A stretch of 64,000 nt of DNA from a virus, in the IMG/VR virus record IMGVR_UViG_3300025127_006147, positions 32,001 to 96,000 of that record, one strand, 5' to 3'. The position numbers were made by a program, and so were the translations under genes. The notes under the pieces are model-generated. The model had not been told where the DNA came from. It was given only the letters and a program-made list of their open reading frames with translations, and searched no databases. The first letter of the stretch is position 1. Every line of letters begins with the position of its first letter. Positions 1-9,608 of the stretch are shown piece by piece.

Positions 1-363
1 AAAGATGGAACTAAAGAAACTATATTAAGATGTTACAGAATTCCTGAAAAAGACATAGAAGAAAAACCTGAGATGTGTGGAGACTACAACGTACCAAGAT
101 ATATGAACACTTTTAATAAGAGGGTTGAACCTTTATTGGTGGTTTTTAAACAAGAGGTGAGGGATAGTTTAATTGTGAATAAACCAGAAGATAGGCAATT
201 TTTCACGACTAAACAATGTGAGTTAATAAATGGTTTAGCTAGAAAAGAAGGAGACCAAGATGATTTAAATGAAGTTTTATCATTGTCTGATGAAGAAGAT
301 GTCTTCTGGGATAAAATGGGTCAGGACCCAGAAAAATTTCTAGAACCTCTAGGAATTTTTTAA
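1..363 (+). CDS. 5'-truncated CDS, probable C-terminus of phage family-B DNA polymerase
   Basis: Frame open from base 1 (KDGTKETILRCYRIPEKDIEEKPEMCGDYNVPRYMNTFNKRVEPLL...). The 'YN..RY...FNKRVEPLL' segment resembles PolB C-terminal tails as I recall them; no catalytic motif lies in the window. Confidence 0.5.
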   Translation, partial: KDGTKETILRCYRIPEKDIEEKPEMCGDYNVPRYMNTFNKRVEPLLVVFKQEVRDSLIVNKPEDRQFFTTKQCELINGLARKEGDQDDLNEVLSLSDEEDVFWDKMGQDPEKFLEPLGIF

Positions 364-1221
364 ACCATCAGAAGAAAGTATAAACCAGTTAGTGTTGTCC
401 GATAATACCTCAATACTACTTTGTGGTCCCATATTAATTTCTTCCCACTCACCGTCTATTTTACCAGATTTTGTTTTTACTGTAATATTAGCCATAGATT
501 TAATATAAAAACGGTTAAGGTTAGTATCATTAAGTGTGATGGTTAAATCTTCTGTAGCTATAATATATCTTGTATTAAGAGTAGTGTAGTTTGAATTTAT
601 ACTTACGGGGATATTCTCTATATTTTCAACTGTCTTCTCAACCACAGGGATTTTACCCTGTTTTAATACAGCAATTAATGCTATAGTAAGTAGTTTATAG
701 TTTATACCATCAGGTTCACCGTTTTCATCATAAATTACAAAATCTTTAAGACCTACGGAATCTACTTCCTCAGCAATTAATCCTACTGAAGATTTTCCAT
801 TATTTTTCCATTTAAATTTTACTGGTGTTAATTCTAAAATAGAATTCAATTCAGTAAGATTTATTGGTTTTACATCTTTTTTATATTTTAAAGATGAAGC
901 TACTCTAAAAACTTCGTTAGTGGACACATCTATTTCTAAGTCTGTCCCAGTACCTGTTGGGATTAGGTCTGAATTAATCTGTATAGCTGACTTACCAAAA
1001 GTTAAATCTGGGTCTAACCCCATAGAAAAAACCGCTGTATTAGCTGATGTAGATGTAAAATTAAAATTATAAGTAGACGAATCACCAGATTTACTAATTA
1101 AAACATTTTGTTGTAATCTACTACTACCAGACATTTCTGCAGTTGTATCACAATTTTGATAAACTTGTCTAGAAAAATCTATTTTAGTTCTTAGTCCGAA
1201 TCCTGGATAACTATATCCCAT
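349..1221 (-). CDS. Small fibre-like protein with internal peptidase S74 (intramolecular chaperone) domain and extra C-terminal domain
   Basis: ASSLKYKKDV...LTPVKFKWK...VGLIAEEV...DGINYKLLT matches the S74 chaperone pattern; about 100 aa follow it. Confidence 0.75.
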   Translation of the reverse strand: MGYSYPGFGLRTKIDFSRQVYQNCDTTAEMSGSSRLQQNVLISKSGDSSTYNFNFTSTSANTAVFSMGLDPDLTFGKSAIQINSDLIPTGTGTDLEIDVSTNEVFRVASSLKYKKDVKPINLTELNSILELTPVKFKWKNNGKSSVGLIAEEVDSVGLKDFVIYDENGEPDGINYKLLTIALIAVLKQGKIPVVEKTVENIENIPVSINSNYTTLNTRYIIATEDLTITLNDTNLNRFYIKSMANITVKTKSGKIDGEWEEINMGPQSSIEVLSDNTNWFILSSDGLKNS

Positions 1222-1222
1222 A

Positions 1223-2344
1223 TTATATTACATTATAAGGGTCCTGGAATGGTCTGTATCCCAAGGCTTTATTAAGATTTTCAGCTACTAGAGCTTTTCT
1301 TTCCATTAATTTATCTTCTCTTAATCTTTCTAATCGTCCCATTAACTCCTCTGATAATTTTGTTTTTTCATCTTGTGATTCACTAAACAACGACGAATAA
1401 TCCATAGTCAATTCACTATCAGGAACTTTTAAAGCTCCACTAAATTTACCTCTTACTCTACCTAAAGTTTCTTTTGCGAGAGCGGTAAAATATCTCCTAA
1501 CCCAAGCTCTAGCTGGAGAATTTAAGTCAATCCATTCTATATCACTAATAGGTGCGTCGGAAGGAACTCTAATAATGTCTTTATTTTGAGCTAAACAATC
1601 ATTCACATTATCATCATTAACATCATAATACCAATACCAAACACGAGCTCCATTTATTTCAGAGTTTCCAAAATCAAATTTACCACCAGGTACATTGTAC
1701 AAGTGAAGATATCTAGTACCTTCTGGTCCAGCTGTAACTCTATATGTTAAGTCAGAACCTATAAGTCTATTTTTAATATTCCTATCTTGCATTCTTAAAA
1801 GAATATCATAAGCCGGCATCATGTAATATGAACCAACAATACCCATTTGTGCAAAACCACCAGCTCCACCCATACCAATTCCACCAAAACCACCAAACCC
1901 ACCTAAGAATGGGTCCACCAACATTTCATTTAATTCTGGTCTATTAAACCAAAGAATTTCGTTTATTTCCCTTCCTGCTGGAATTTGATATATTTGTTGG
2001 TTAGTTACTAATTCAACGTAGTCTTTTTTAAGAATCCACGGACCCATTGTTTGTAAACCAACAATTTTAGAATAAGCATAAGTAAACGAACTTTCCCAAT
2101 CCAAACTACGGGTAGTATATGCTCTAGCTAAATCAGCCTCGTCTACATTAATACCGTCTAATGATGCCCATTGGTTTTCAATTAACCAGTCGTTAACATA
2201 CATAGCATAGTCTTGTATCGCTATTTCTAATAACGAATCCAACATATCATCCTCTAATTCTACACCGACAATCGGTGCACCTAGTTGATGCCTAAGTTGG
2301 GTATATAGTCTCTGTTTGTCTATTACTGAAATATTAGTTGGCAT
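1223..2344 (-). CDS. Neck/head-completion protein (T4 gp13-like)
   Basis: N-terminal RHQLGAPIVGVELEDDMLD and C-terminal KETLGRVRGKF...MDYSSL typical of gp13-like adaptors; adjacent to gp14/gp15-like genes. Confidence 0.75.
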   Translation of the reverse strand: MPTNISVIDKQRLYTQLRHQLGAPIVGVELEDDMLDSLLEIAIQDYAMYVNDWLIENQWASLDGINVDEADLARAYTTRSLDWESSFTYAYSKIVGLQTMGPWILKKDYVELVTNQQIYQIPAGREINEILWFNRPELNEMLVDPFLGGFGGFGGIGMGGAGGFAQMGIVGSYYMMPAYDILLRMQDRNIKNRLIGSDLTYRVTAGPEGTRYLHLYNVPGGKFDFGNSEINGARVWYWYYDVNDDNVNDCLAQNKDIIRVPSDAPISDIEWIDLNSPARAWVRRYFTALAKETLGRVRGKFSGALKVPDSELTMDYSSLFSESQDEKTKLSEELMGRLERLREDKLMERKALVAENLNKALGYRPFQDPYNVI

Positions 2345-2356
2345 AATGTTTTTCTA

Positions 2357-2364
2357 TATAAATA
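2357..2364 (-). promoter_or_regulatory. Candidate late promoter TATTTATA
   Basis: Plus strand tataaata = TATTTATA on the coding strand, 12 nt upstream of the neck gene start. Confidence 0.5.
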
Positions 2365-2382
2365 TTACAAGTTATGTTACTT

Positions 2383-4143
2383 TCAATTATTATGTAACTC
2401 ATTAAATAATTCTGTCATAATATCTGTGTCAGGATGAGAAGAAATATCACCCATAACTGTATCGATAACGTTTTTTTTCTTTTGTAATATATTATATATA
2501 ATTCTTTCTATAGTGTTATCGAACGTTGGGTAAAAACATGAGACGTTTTTTTTCTGACCAATCCTAAAAGCTCTATCTTCAGCTTGTGAATGGTCTGAAG
2601 GAACAAAACTAAGGTCATTCATTATCACTGCCTCCGCTGAAGTTAATGTTATACCCACACCTCCCGCTTTTAAGTTCGATATGAATATTTTCACATCAGG
2701 ATTATTTTGGAATTCGTCTACAGATTTTTGTCTATCTTCTTTAGACATTTGGCCATTTAATATTACAGAGTTATTTGGGTAATGGGAATGTAACTCCATT
2801 AAAGGGGAGGTAAAGTTAGTGAAAACAATTACTTTTTTATCTTGTTCTAAAATATCATTTATTATTTGTCTAGTGTGTACAATCTTACTTGAAGCTATAA
2901 TTTGTCTAACCTTAGTTAGTTTAGCTAAGTGTATGGTTATACTTTCGTTTTGATTTTCATCAGACCAAGACAAATATTCTCCCATTTCTTTTTCATATTC
3001 TGAAGAACTTAATTCTAGATAAACTGGTGTAATAATTTTATCTGGTAAATCCAGTACATCTTCTTTTAATCTTCTAGTAATTTTGTCTTGGGTCCTGTCC
3101 CTTAATTCTTCTAAATTAGAAGCTCCACTAACATTCCATATTTTCCTACCGTTTGGTCCTCTGAATTGTCTACCTTCACAATATCTACTAACATAGGTTA
3201 TCCAGTTGTTAGCCACCCTACTTTTTACCAATTTTAATAAATTATAATAATTTATTGGTCTAGATGTCATTGGTGTTCCAGTTAGTAACCACACCTTACC
3301 TAATTTATTAACTATTTCATTAATAATTTTTGTTCTTTGTGCTTTGGGATTAGAAATGTAGTGAGCTTCGTCTATTATTATTCTTTCAATACCAGAATCT
3401 AATAAGGTTCTAATTGAATCATTTTTAAGTGAATGAAAATTTTTTAAAATATCGTAATTTACTATAATAAATTTACCTTCTTTCCATTTTTTACCTTCAA
3501 CAATAACAACCTCTTCATCTGTATAATTTTCTATTTCTCTTTTCCAGTTAATTTTTAGTGATGCTGGACAAACTATTAATGTACGTTTATTGTTTTCTAT
3601 TATACTAGCGAGAACAGCCGAAGTAGTTTTACCCAAACCCATATCATCAGCTAAAATATACATATCGTTTTTTAATAATGATTCTATAGCTGGGATTTGA
3701 TGTTCCATAGGTGGCCTATGTGAAAAGGGAGTATAATCTATTTTAATTTTTTTATTGGTGGATGGAACTACTTGAGACTTGGGTATCCAAAATGCATAAA
3801 GATTTTCCGAATCTATTACCTTACCCCAAATATGATATGATTTGTCACCCTCTACTAGTATTTTCTCAACCCATATCTCTGTTGGTGCTTTTGGTAGTAA
3901 TTTTTTTTCTTGTAGTTGTTCTGAAAGGTAAGGGTCTATTTTTACTTTTTTTCTAGCTACCTTAGGTATAATATTGTGATTATTTAATACATAGTCCGCC
4001 TGATTTCTAGTTAGATTAAAGTACTTACTTTTAATTTTTTCTTTTAAATCTAATATGAAATTATTAGCTCCACTATATGTGGAGAGTATGTTACGAGCTT
4101 CAACTTCCGGTATTTTTATTTCCACAATATGATAATTATCCAA
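2383..4143 (-). CDS. SNF2-family (SMARCAL1/HARP-like) helicase
   Basis: Walker A ADDMGLGKT, IVCPASLKINW, DEAH box, LLTGTP, motif V AGGVGITL, QAEDRAFRIGQ. TTG start. Confidence 0.9.
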   Translation of the reverse strand: MDNYHIVEIKIPEVEARNILSTYSGANNFILDLKEKIKSKYFNLTRNQADYVLNNHNIIPKVARKKVKIDPYLSEQLQEKKLLPKAPTEIWVEKILVEGDKSYHIWGKVIDSENLYAFWIPKSQVVPSTNKKIKIDYTPFSHRPPMEHQIPAIESLLKNDMYILADDMGLGKTTSAVLASIIENNKRTLIVCPASLKINWKREIENYTDEEVVIVEGKKWKEGKFIIVNYDILKNFHSLKNDSIRTLLDSGIERIIIDEAHYISNPKAQRTKIINEIVNKLGKVWLLTGTPMTSRPINYYNLLKLVKSRVANNWITYVSRYCEGRQFRGPNGRKIWNVSGASNLEELRDRTQDKITRRLKEDVLDLPDKIITPVYLELSSSEYEKEMGEYLSWSDENQNESITIHLAKLTKVRQIIASSKIVHTRQIINDILEQDKKVIVFTNFTSPLMELHSHYPNNSVILNGQMSKEDRQKSVDEFQNNPDVKIFISNLKAGGVGITLTSAEAVIMNDLSFVPSDHSQAEDRAFRIGQKKNVSCFYPTFDNTIERIIYNILQKKKNVIDTVMGDISSHPDTDIMTELFNELHNN

Positions 4144-4166
4144 CCTAAATATAAGTAAAAACTAGA

Positions 4167-4174
4167 TATTTATA
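4167..4174 (+). promoter_or_regulatory. Candidate late promoter TATTTATA
   Basis: 17 nt upstream of ATG 4192. Confidence 0.5.
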
Positions 4175-4191
4175 AATAAAAAACGTTAACA

Positions 4192-4707
4192 ATGAGTGAA
4201 AAAAGAGTGCCCATAACGAGAGTAAATAAGTTTTTCGGTGATGAAGACTTCCGACTCCAGGAGTCCATGGGTATGGAATACCTACACGGCAATTTAAATT
4301 TTACTCTGGTTTTATATAGTGTAGATAGGGGTAAAAGTGTTACTGATGATGTTTACGGTGAAGCTGCTGAAGAAGAAATAAGATTTTTTCCTCCTGTAGA
4401 ATTTAAAGCCTTGGTTAACATTTCGGGCCCTACTAACGATAGTTATGCGGGTGGTCTAATGAGATATTTAGAAAGTGGTAATCTTACTATTAGTGTCTAC
4501 AAAAAAGAGCTTGAACAGTTAGGTATAGACATAAAATATGGTGACTACATAGGTTATCCAGAAACTGAAGATTTTACAAGGTACTTTACTGTATCTAATG
4601 ATGGTAGAGTAGCTGGAGATAATGCACACACTATCCTAGGTTATAAATCTTTTTATAGAACCATAACATGTGTACCAACAAGTGAAAATGAATTTAAAGG
4701 AATTTAA
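4192..4707 (+). CDS. Head closure/neck protein (T4 gp14-like)
   Basis: DDVYGE...FFPPVEFKAL, KYGDYIGY, YFTVSNDG; lies between neck and tail terminator genes. Confidence 0.65.
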   Translation: MSEKRVPITRVNKFFGDEDFRLQESMGMEYLHGNLNFTLVLYSVDRGKSVTDDVYGEAAEEEIRFFPPVEFKALVNISGPTNDSYAGGLMRYLESGNLTISVYKKELEQLGIDIKYGDYIGYPETEDFTRYFTVSNDGRVAGDNAHTILGYKSFYRTITCVPTSENEFKGI

Positions 4708-4709
4708 TT

Positions 4710-5810
4710 ATGGGTAAAATAAATAAAAAAATTAAAAAGACACTTAACATGTATCCAGTGGTTAGAAATCAACCACAATATCCATCGGGTTATGATGGAT
4801 TATCAACGCCTAAAAGAAGAAAACAATTAGCTGAATTTATTAGTGAAGACGGTACATTTTTACCTAAGAGTGTTCTACACGCTGATTTAGATAAAGGTAT
4901 GTTAGATTTTGTTAAGGATAGACTTCAGATAAGTGTAAATGGTAAAGGAATTTCAATTGTGGACCAAATACTTACGATACAAAGGTGGGCAGAATTTTCA
5001 AATACTTGGTCATTTAGTGATAAGGATTTAAATCCTGAAATTCCGTTTTTGGTAACTGTAAGAAATCCAGCGGTACAGTACGGTTCCAACCCTTCTTTAA
5101 TTTATACTATACCAGATAGAAGAACTTTTCACTATGCTAAAGTTCCTACCTGGGATGGTCAAAGAAAAGGAATGGATTTATATAAAATACCACAACCAGT
5201 TCCTGTAGACATAACCTATAACCTTAAAATAGTATGTAATAGAATGAGGGAGTTAAATCAATTTAATAAAGTTATGATGCAAACTTTCACATCTAGACAA
5301 GCATATACGTTTGTAAAAGGACATTACATACCTATTATTTTAGAAACACTTAGTGATGAGAGTCAAATTTCAGATAATGATAAAAGAAAGTTCTACACAC
5401 AAGACTATCAATTACAACTTCAAGGATTTTTAATAGATGAAGAAGAATTTGAGGTAACTCCAGCAATTACAAGAAAATTATTAGTTTTTGAAACAGATTT
5501 AAAAACTAAAAAACGTGACGCAGGCCCAACTAAAGAAAACCCACTTAGTATTTTTACTGAAACTTTTACTATTGACGCTGGTGTAACCACACTTACCATA
5601 CCTTTTGAATTTGACGCTAATGTTCAGGTTACTGAAACTACCAATAATAATAACTATACTGTAGGTATTGTGATTGACGGAGTTACTGAATTAGTTAGTG
5701 ACGAATTTACAACATACTATGTGTCTAGAGGTCAGAGTTTAAGATTTAATTTAACTCCATTAGATGCGTCAGAACCCCAAACAATTACTTTACAAACAAA
5801 ATTTATTTAA
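4710..5810 (+). CDS. Tail terminator / sheath stabiliser (T4 gp15-like)
   Basis: PQPVPVDITYNLKIVCNRMRELNQF and QLQGFLIDEEEFEV pattern; directly upstream of the sheath gene. Confidence 0.65.
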   Translation: MGKINKKIKKTLNMYPVVRNQPQYPSGYDGLSTPKRRKQLAEFISEDGTFLPKSVLHADLDKGMLDFVKDRLQISVNGKGISIVDQILTIQRWAEFSNTWSFSDKDLNPEIPFLVTVRNPAVQYGSNPSLIYTIPDRRTFHYAKVPTWDGQRKGMDLYKIPQPVPVDITYNLKIVCNRMRELNQFNKVMMQTFTSRQAYTFVKGHYIPIILETLSDESQISDNDKRKFYTQDYQLQLQGFLIDEEEFEVTPAITRKLLVFETDLKTKKRDAGPTKENPLSIFTETFTIDAGVTTLTIPFEFDANVQVTETTNNNNYTVGIVIDGVTELVSDEFTTYYVSRGQSLRFNLTPLDASEPQTITLQTKFI

Positions 5811-5968
5811 AGGTCTCCGTAAATGTCTTTTTTTGGTGAACATTTTTCTTTTATCAACTTCTCGACAAACTGAAACATTTTTAAACCGTTTTTACTACAA
5901 TAGTCTTTTAATAGTTTGTGAACCCCACTATCTATTTTAATGTTTTTTATGTTTTTAGGGTAAGGCAT
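5807..5968 (-). CDS. 53-aa basic protein, ribbon-helix-helix-like DNA-binding candidate (not in ORF track)
   Basis: Manual translation MPYPKNIKNIKIDSGVHKLLKDYCSKNGLKMFQFVEKLIKEKCSPKKDIYGDL*; beta-strand followed by two helices. Alternative ATG at 5974. Confidence 0.6.
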   Translation of the reverse strand: MPYPKNIKNIKIDSGVHKLLKDYCSKNGLKMFQFVEKLIKEKCSPKKDIYGDL

Positions 5969-6055
5969 AACCATAAGTATGAAAAAAGTATGTTTTTTTT
6001 CTTACAAGAACTTGCAATAGTCAAAAATGTGGTAATCTTTTGGGATTAGAGATAA

Positions 6056-6063
6056 TATTTATT
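6056..6063 (+). promoter_or_regulatory. Candidate late promoter TATTTATT
   Basis: 39 nt upstream of the sheath ATG. Confidence 0.5.
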
Positions 6064-6102
6064 AATAAAATAAAACCAAAAATATAAAAAAAATTAATTA
6101 AC

Positions 6103-9100
6103 ATGGCAACAGACGGAAAAGTTTTTGTATCCCCAGGGGTATACACGTCAGAGAAAGATTTAAGTTTCGTAGCACAAAGTGTGGGAGTAACAACACTTGG
6201 TTTAGCTGGTGAAACTCTTCAGGGTCCTGCTTTTGAACCTATTTTCATAAGTTCATATGGAGAATTCCAAACCTATTTCGGTTCATTAAACCCAGAAAAG
6301 TTTACGGAAACACAAATCCCTAAATACGAATTATCATATATAGCAAAAGCATATTTACAACAATCTAATCAGTTATTTGTGACTAGAGTATTAGGTTATT
6401 CTGGATATGACGCTGGACCTTCTTGGTCAATAACAACAATAGGTAACCCTGATTGTGAAACTATTAGAACTCAGTGTGCTGACACTACAAGTACAGTATA
6501 TAGTGCTTCTACATGTAACACTGGAACGGCTTTTGAGTCAACTAGTGGTTCTACTGCTGTGGTAAATAGTGGTTCTGTTGGGTTATACTTTACTGGAGGG
6601 ACTGACGTTTGGACTGATTCATCCACAACTGTTAAACCTATTGATTCTTTACCTTGGCCTATTTCTGAAAAAATAAATGAAACTTTAACAAAAACAGATG
6701 GTAGTAGTACAACTATTTCTGCCGAGTTAGATAGTATGTTATCTACATATTACTCTAGTTTATCACACATAGCAGTATGTGCAACTGGAGGTACCCCATG
6801 TTTCTTACCTATGACAGGAGGAACTAGTGTAGAAAAAGCTTTTGGTTGTAACTATGATGGAGATACGGTTTCAGGAAATACATTATATGAAGGAACATAT
6901 TTAGAAAATGCAGGAACACCAGCATCTTCAGGATACACTTACCAGTCTAAATTTAGTGGTATAACAGAAACACAAGTTTTAGGTTCTTCTTGTAACCCTA
7001 AACCTTCAGTATTCTGTAATGACATTAACGACCCTTGGTTATACGGATTCTTTGACCTAGTTCCTGGAACAGACCAGTATACTGGTTTCTCAATGAGTAT
7101 CGGTATCAATACTAATGATGTTTTAGATATTAGTACATCCGCTCAAACAACATTATATTCTGGAGATTCTGCTTTAAGATTCTCTTACACATTATATACA
7201 GGAGAAACTTTCTGTAACTACAACGATTTAGTAGTCGCAACTTTCCGTTCAAGAGGTGTAAGTACACAAAATTCAGGTGGACCTGTTTATCAAGTAACTG
7301 GTGGAACAGATGTTACAATGGTTTGTACGGGAGACACTTTCTCCAAAGTAAATACTGACCCATTTGCCACTTTTGGTATGGATGTTACAGATAAAGACGG
7401 TGATTCATTTAGATTTGAAACTTCTATGTCTCCATCATCTAAAGACTTTGTTAAACGAGTATTTGGGGTGGCACCGTTTGATAAACAAATGGAACAAGTT
7501 CCAATCTTTGTAGAGGAAGCTTATCCTAACATGTTAACATACGCTTATAAGAAGGGTTACATTAAAGGATTAAACTGTAGTCTACTAGATTTACCTTCAT
7601 TTAGAGATTCTAATAATACTGGAACTATTGGTTTCTACCAAGAACAATGGCAAACCCCAGTAACACCTTATGTTGTTTCTGAACTAAGAGGTACCAAAGT
7701 ATATAAATTATTTAGATTTATATCTATATGTGATGGTAACGCAGCTAACACACAAGTTAAAATATCTATTGTTAACATTTCATTTGAAAGAAATGAATTC
7801 GATGTGTTAGTTAGAAGTTTCTATGACACAGACGCTTCACCAGTTGTATTGGAAAGATATACAAGATGTAGTATGAATCCTAATTTGAACTCTTTTGTTG
7901 GGGTTAAAATTGGTACCGCTAATGGTGAATATGAATTGAAGAGTAGATACATTATGGTAGACTTAGACCCAGAACAAGAGACTGACACTAACCGTCATGA
8001 TGCTGTTCCTTGTGGATTCGAAGGTTATGTGACTAGAAATTACTTAGGAGAACAAAGTCCTACATTATACTATAAAACAAAATATAATAAACCAGGTGAT
8101 ATAATCTGGAACCCACCTTTCGCTGTAAGTTCAACTGTGGATAACTCAGTGATAAGTGCGGGAGATAAAATTAGAAGAGTTTATTTAGGTATTTCTGATA
8201 CTGCAGCTTCAGCTTATGACGATGACTTCTTCCAATATAAAGGAAAACAAGCACCTACAGATAAATGTAATGATTTAGATGGTACAGACTGGAATTGTTT
8301 AACTCAAGGATTCCATATGGATAGTGGAGCGACTTGTGTAAATACTTTAGGTGAGTTATGTGTAACTACACTTTGTAAAAATTGTGGTACTGGAACAACA
8401 ACTGAAGACCAGTTCGCTGTTGGTGTAGCACCGTTTAGAAGTGAACCAACTAATTCACAGGACCCATACTACACATTACAGTCTAGAAAATTCACATTAG
8501 CACCGTATGGTGGTTTTGATGGATGGGACATTTATAGAAAATCAAGAAGTAACGGAGATAGTTATGTTAGAGGTAAATCAGGGTTCTTAAACGGAGCTTG
8601 TACTTCAACTACATTCCCTAACGCGTCTGGTGATGGTTCATTTAAACTATTATCAAGCACTCCTTGGGGTGAATCAGGATTCTTCGCAACAACTGACTAT
8701 TACGCTTATTTCTTCGGTATTAGAACATTTAGAAACCCAGAAGCGGTTAACATTAACGTATTAGCAACACCAGGTATTGACTATGTAAACAATAGTAACC
8801 TTGTAGAGGAAACAATTGACATGGTAGAAACTGAAAGAGCTGATTCACTGTATGTTACTACAACACCTGACTACAACTTGTTTGTACCAGGAGCTACGGT
8901 AGCGGCAAACATAATCCAACCTACTGAAGCGGTAGATAACTTAGATTTAACAGCAATCGATTCTAACTACACCGCTACTTACTACCCATGGGTACAGTAC
9001 AACGACCAAGAGAACAATACAAGAGTATGGTTACCACCTACTTATGATGTAATGAGAAACATTGCTTTAACAGATAATATCTCATTCCCTTGGTTCGCGT

Positions 9101-9582
9101 CCGCTGGTTACACTAGAGGTATTGTAAACGCGGTTAAAGCTAGAAAGAAACTTACTCTTGATGAAAGAGATACGTTATACGCTGGTAGAATTAACCCAAT
9201 CGCAACTTACTCAGATGTTGGTACTATTATCTGGGGTAACAAGACACTACAAAGTAGACAATCTGCATTAGACAGAATCAACGTTAGAAGATTGTTACTA
9301 CAGGCTAGAAAATTAATTTCGGCAGTAGCAGTTAAATTGTTATTCGAACAAAATGACGAACAAGTAAGAAACGAATTCTTAGACTTAGTTAACCCAATCT
9401 TAGACTCTATTAGAAGAGAGAGAGGTTTAACAGACTTTAGAGTTGTTCTTTCTGACGACCCACAATTGATTGACCAAAATACATTAGAAGGTAAGATTTA
9501 CATAAAACCAACTAGGTCTCTAGAATTTATCGATATCGAATTCTTAATTACACCTACTGGAGCATCATTTGAAAATGTATAA
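6103..9582 (+). CDS. Contractile tail sheath protein (gp18-like), enlarged
   Basis: VFVSPGVYTSEKDLS N-terminus; C-terminal PWFASAGYTRG, INPIAT, TIIWGNKTLQ, ALDRINVRRLL, LLFEQND, YIKPTRSLEFIDIEF. Confidence 0.95.
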   Translation: MATDGKVFVSPGVYTSEKDLSFVAQSVGVTTLGLAGETLQGPAFEPIFISSYGEFQTYFGSLNPEKFTETQIPKYELSYIAKAYLQQSNQLFVTRVLGYSGYDAGPSWSITTIGNPDCETIRTQCADTTSTVYSASTCNTGTAFESTSGSTAVVNSGSVGLYFTGGTDVWTDSSTTVKPIDSLPWPISEKINETLTKTDGSSTTISAELDSMLSTYYSSLSHIAVCATGGTPCFLPMTGGTSVEKAFGCNYDGDTVSGNTLYEGTYLENAGTPASSGYTYQSKFSGITETQVLGSSCNPKPSVFCNDINDPWLYGFFDLVPGTDQYTGFSMSIGINTNDVLDISTSAQTTLYSGDSALRFSYTLYTGETFCNYNDLVVATFRSRGVSTQNSGGPVYQVTGGTDVTMVCTGDTFSKVNTDPFATFGMDVTDKDGDSFRFETSMSPSSKDFVKRVFGVAPFDKQMEQVPIFVEEAYPNMLTYAYKKGYIKGLNCSLLDLPSFRDSNNTGTIGFYQEQWQTPVTPYVVSELRGTKVYKLFRFISICDGNAANTQVKISIVNISFERNEFDVLVRSFYDTDASPVVLERYTRCSMNPNLNSFVGVKIGTANGEYELKSRYIMVDLDPEQETDTNRHDAVPCGFEGYVTRNYLGEQSPTLYYKTKYNKPGDIIWNPPFAVSSTVDNSVISAGDKIRRVYLGISDTAASAYDDDFFQYKGKQAPTDKCNDLDGTDWNCLTQGFHMDSGATCVNTLGELCVTTLCKNCGTGTTTEDQFAVGVAPFRSEPTNSQDPYYTLQSRKFTLAPYGGFDGWDIYRKSRSNGDSYVRGKSGFLNGACTSTTFPNASGDGSFKLLSSTPWGESGFFATTDYYAYFFGIRTFRNPEAVNINVLATPGIDYVNNSNLVEETIDMVETERADSLYVTTTPDYNLFVPGATVAANIIQPTEAVDNLDLTAIDSNYTATYYPWVQYNDQENNTRVWLPPTYDVMRNIALTDNISFPWFASAGYTRGIVNAVKARKKLTLDERDTLYAGRINPIATYSDVGTIIWGNKTLQSRQSALDRINVRRLLLQARKLISAVAVKLLFEQNDEQVRNEFLDLVNPILDSIRRERGLTDFRVVLSDDPQLIDQNTLEGKIYIKPTRSLEFIDIEFLITPTGASFENV

Positions 9583-9608
9583 TAAGAAAAGATAAAAAAA
9601 GGTAAAAA

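Noticed and set aside
3762-3956. Hydrophobic 64-aa plus-strand ORF, and similar short nested ORFs (9740, 10072, 12221, 12609, 14048, 17757, 19194, 21503, 27465, 34703, 36280, 37840 and others)
   Set aside because: Fully nested in or antisense to well-supported genes; expected by chance in AT-rich coding DNA.
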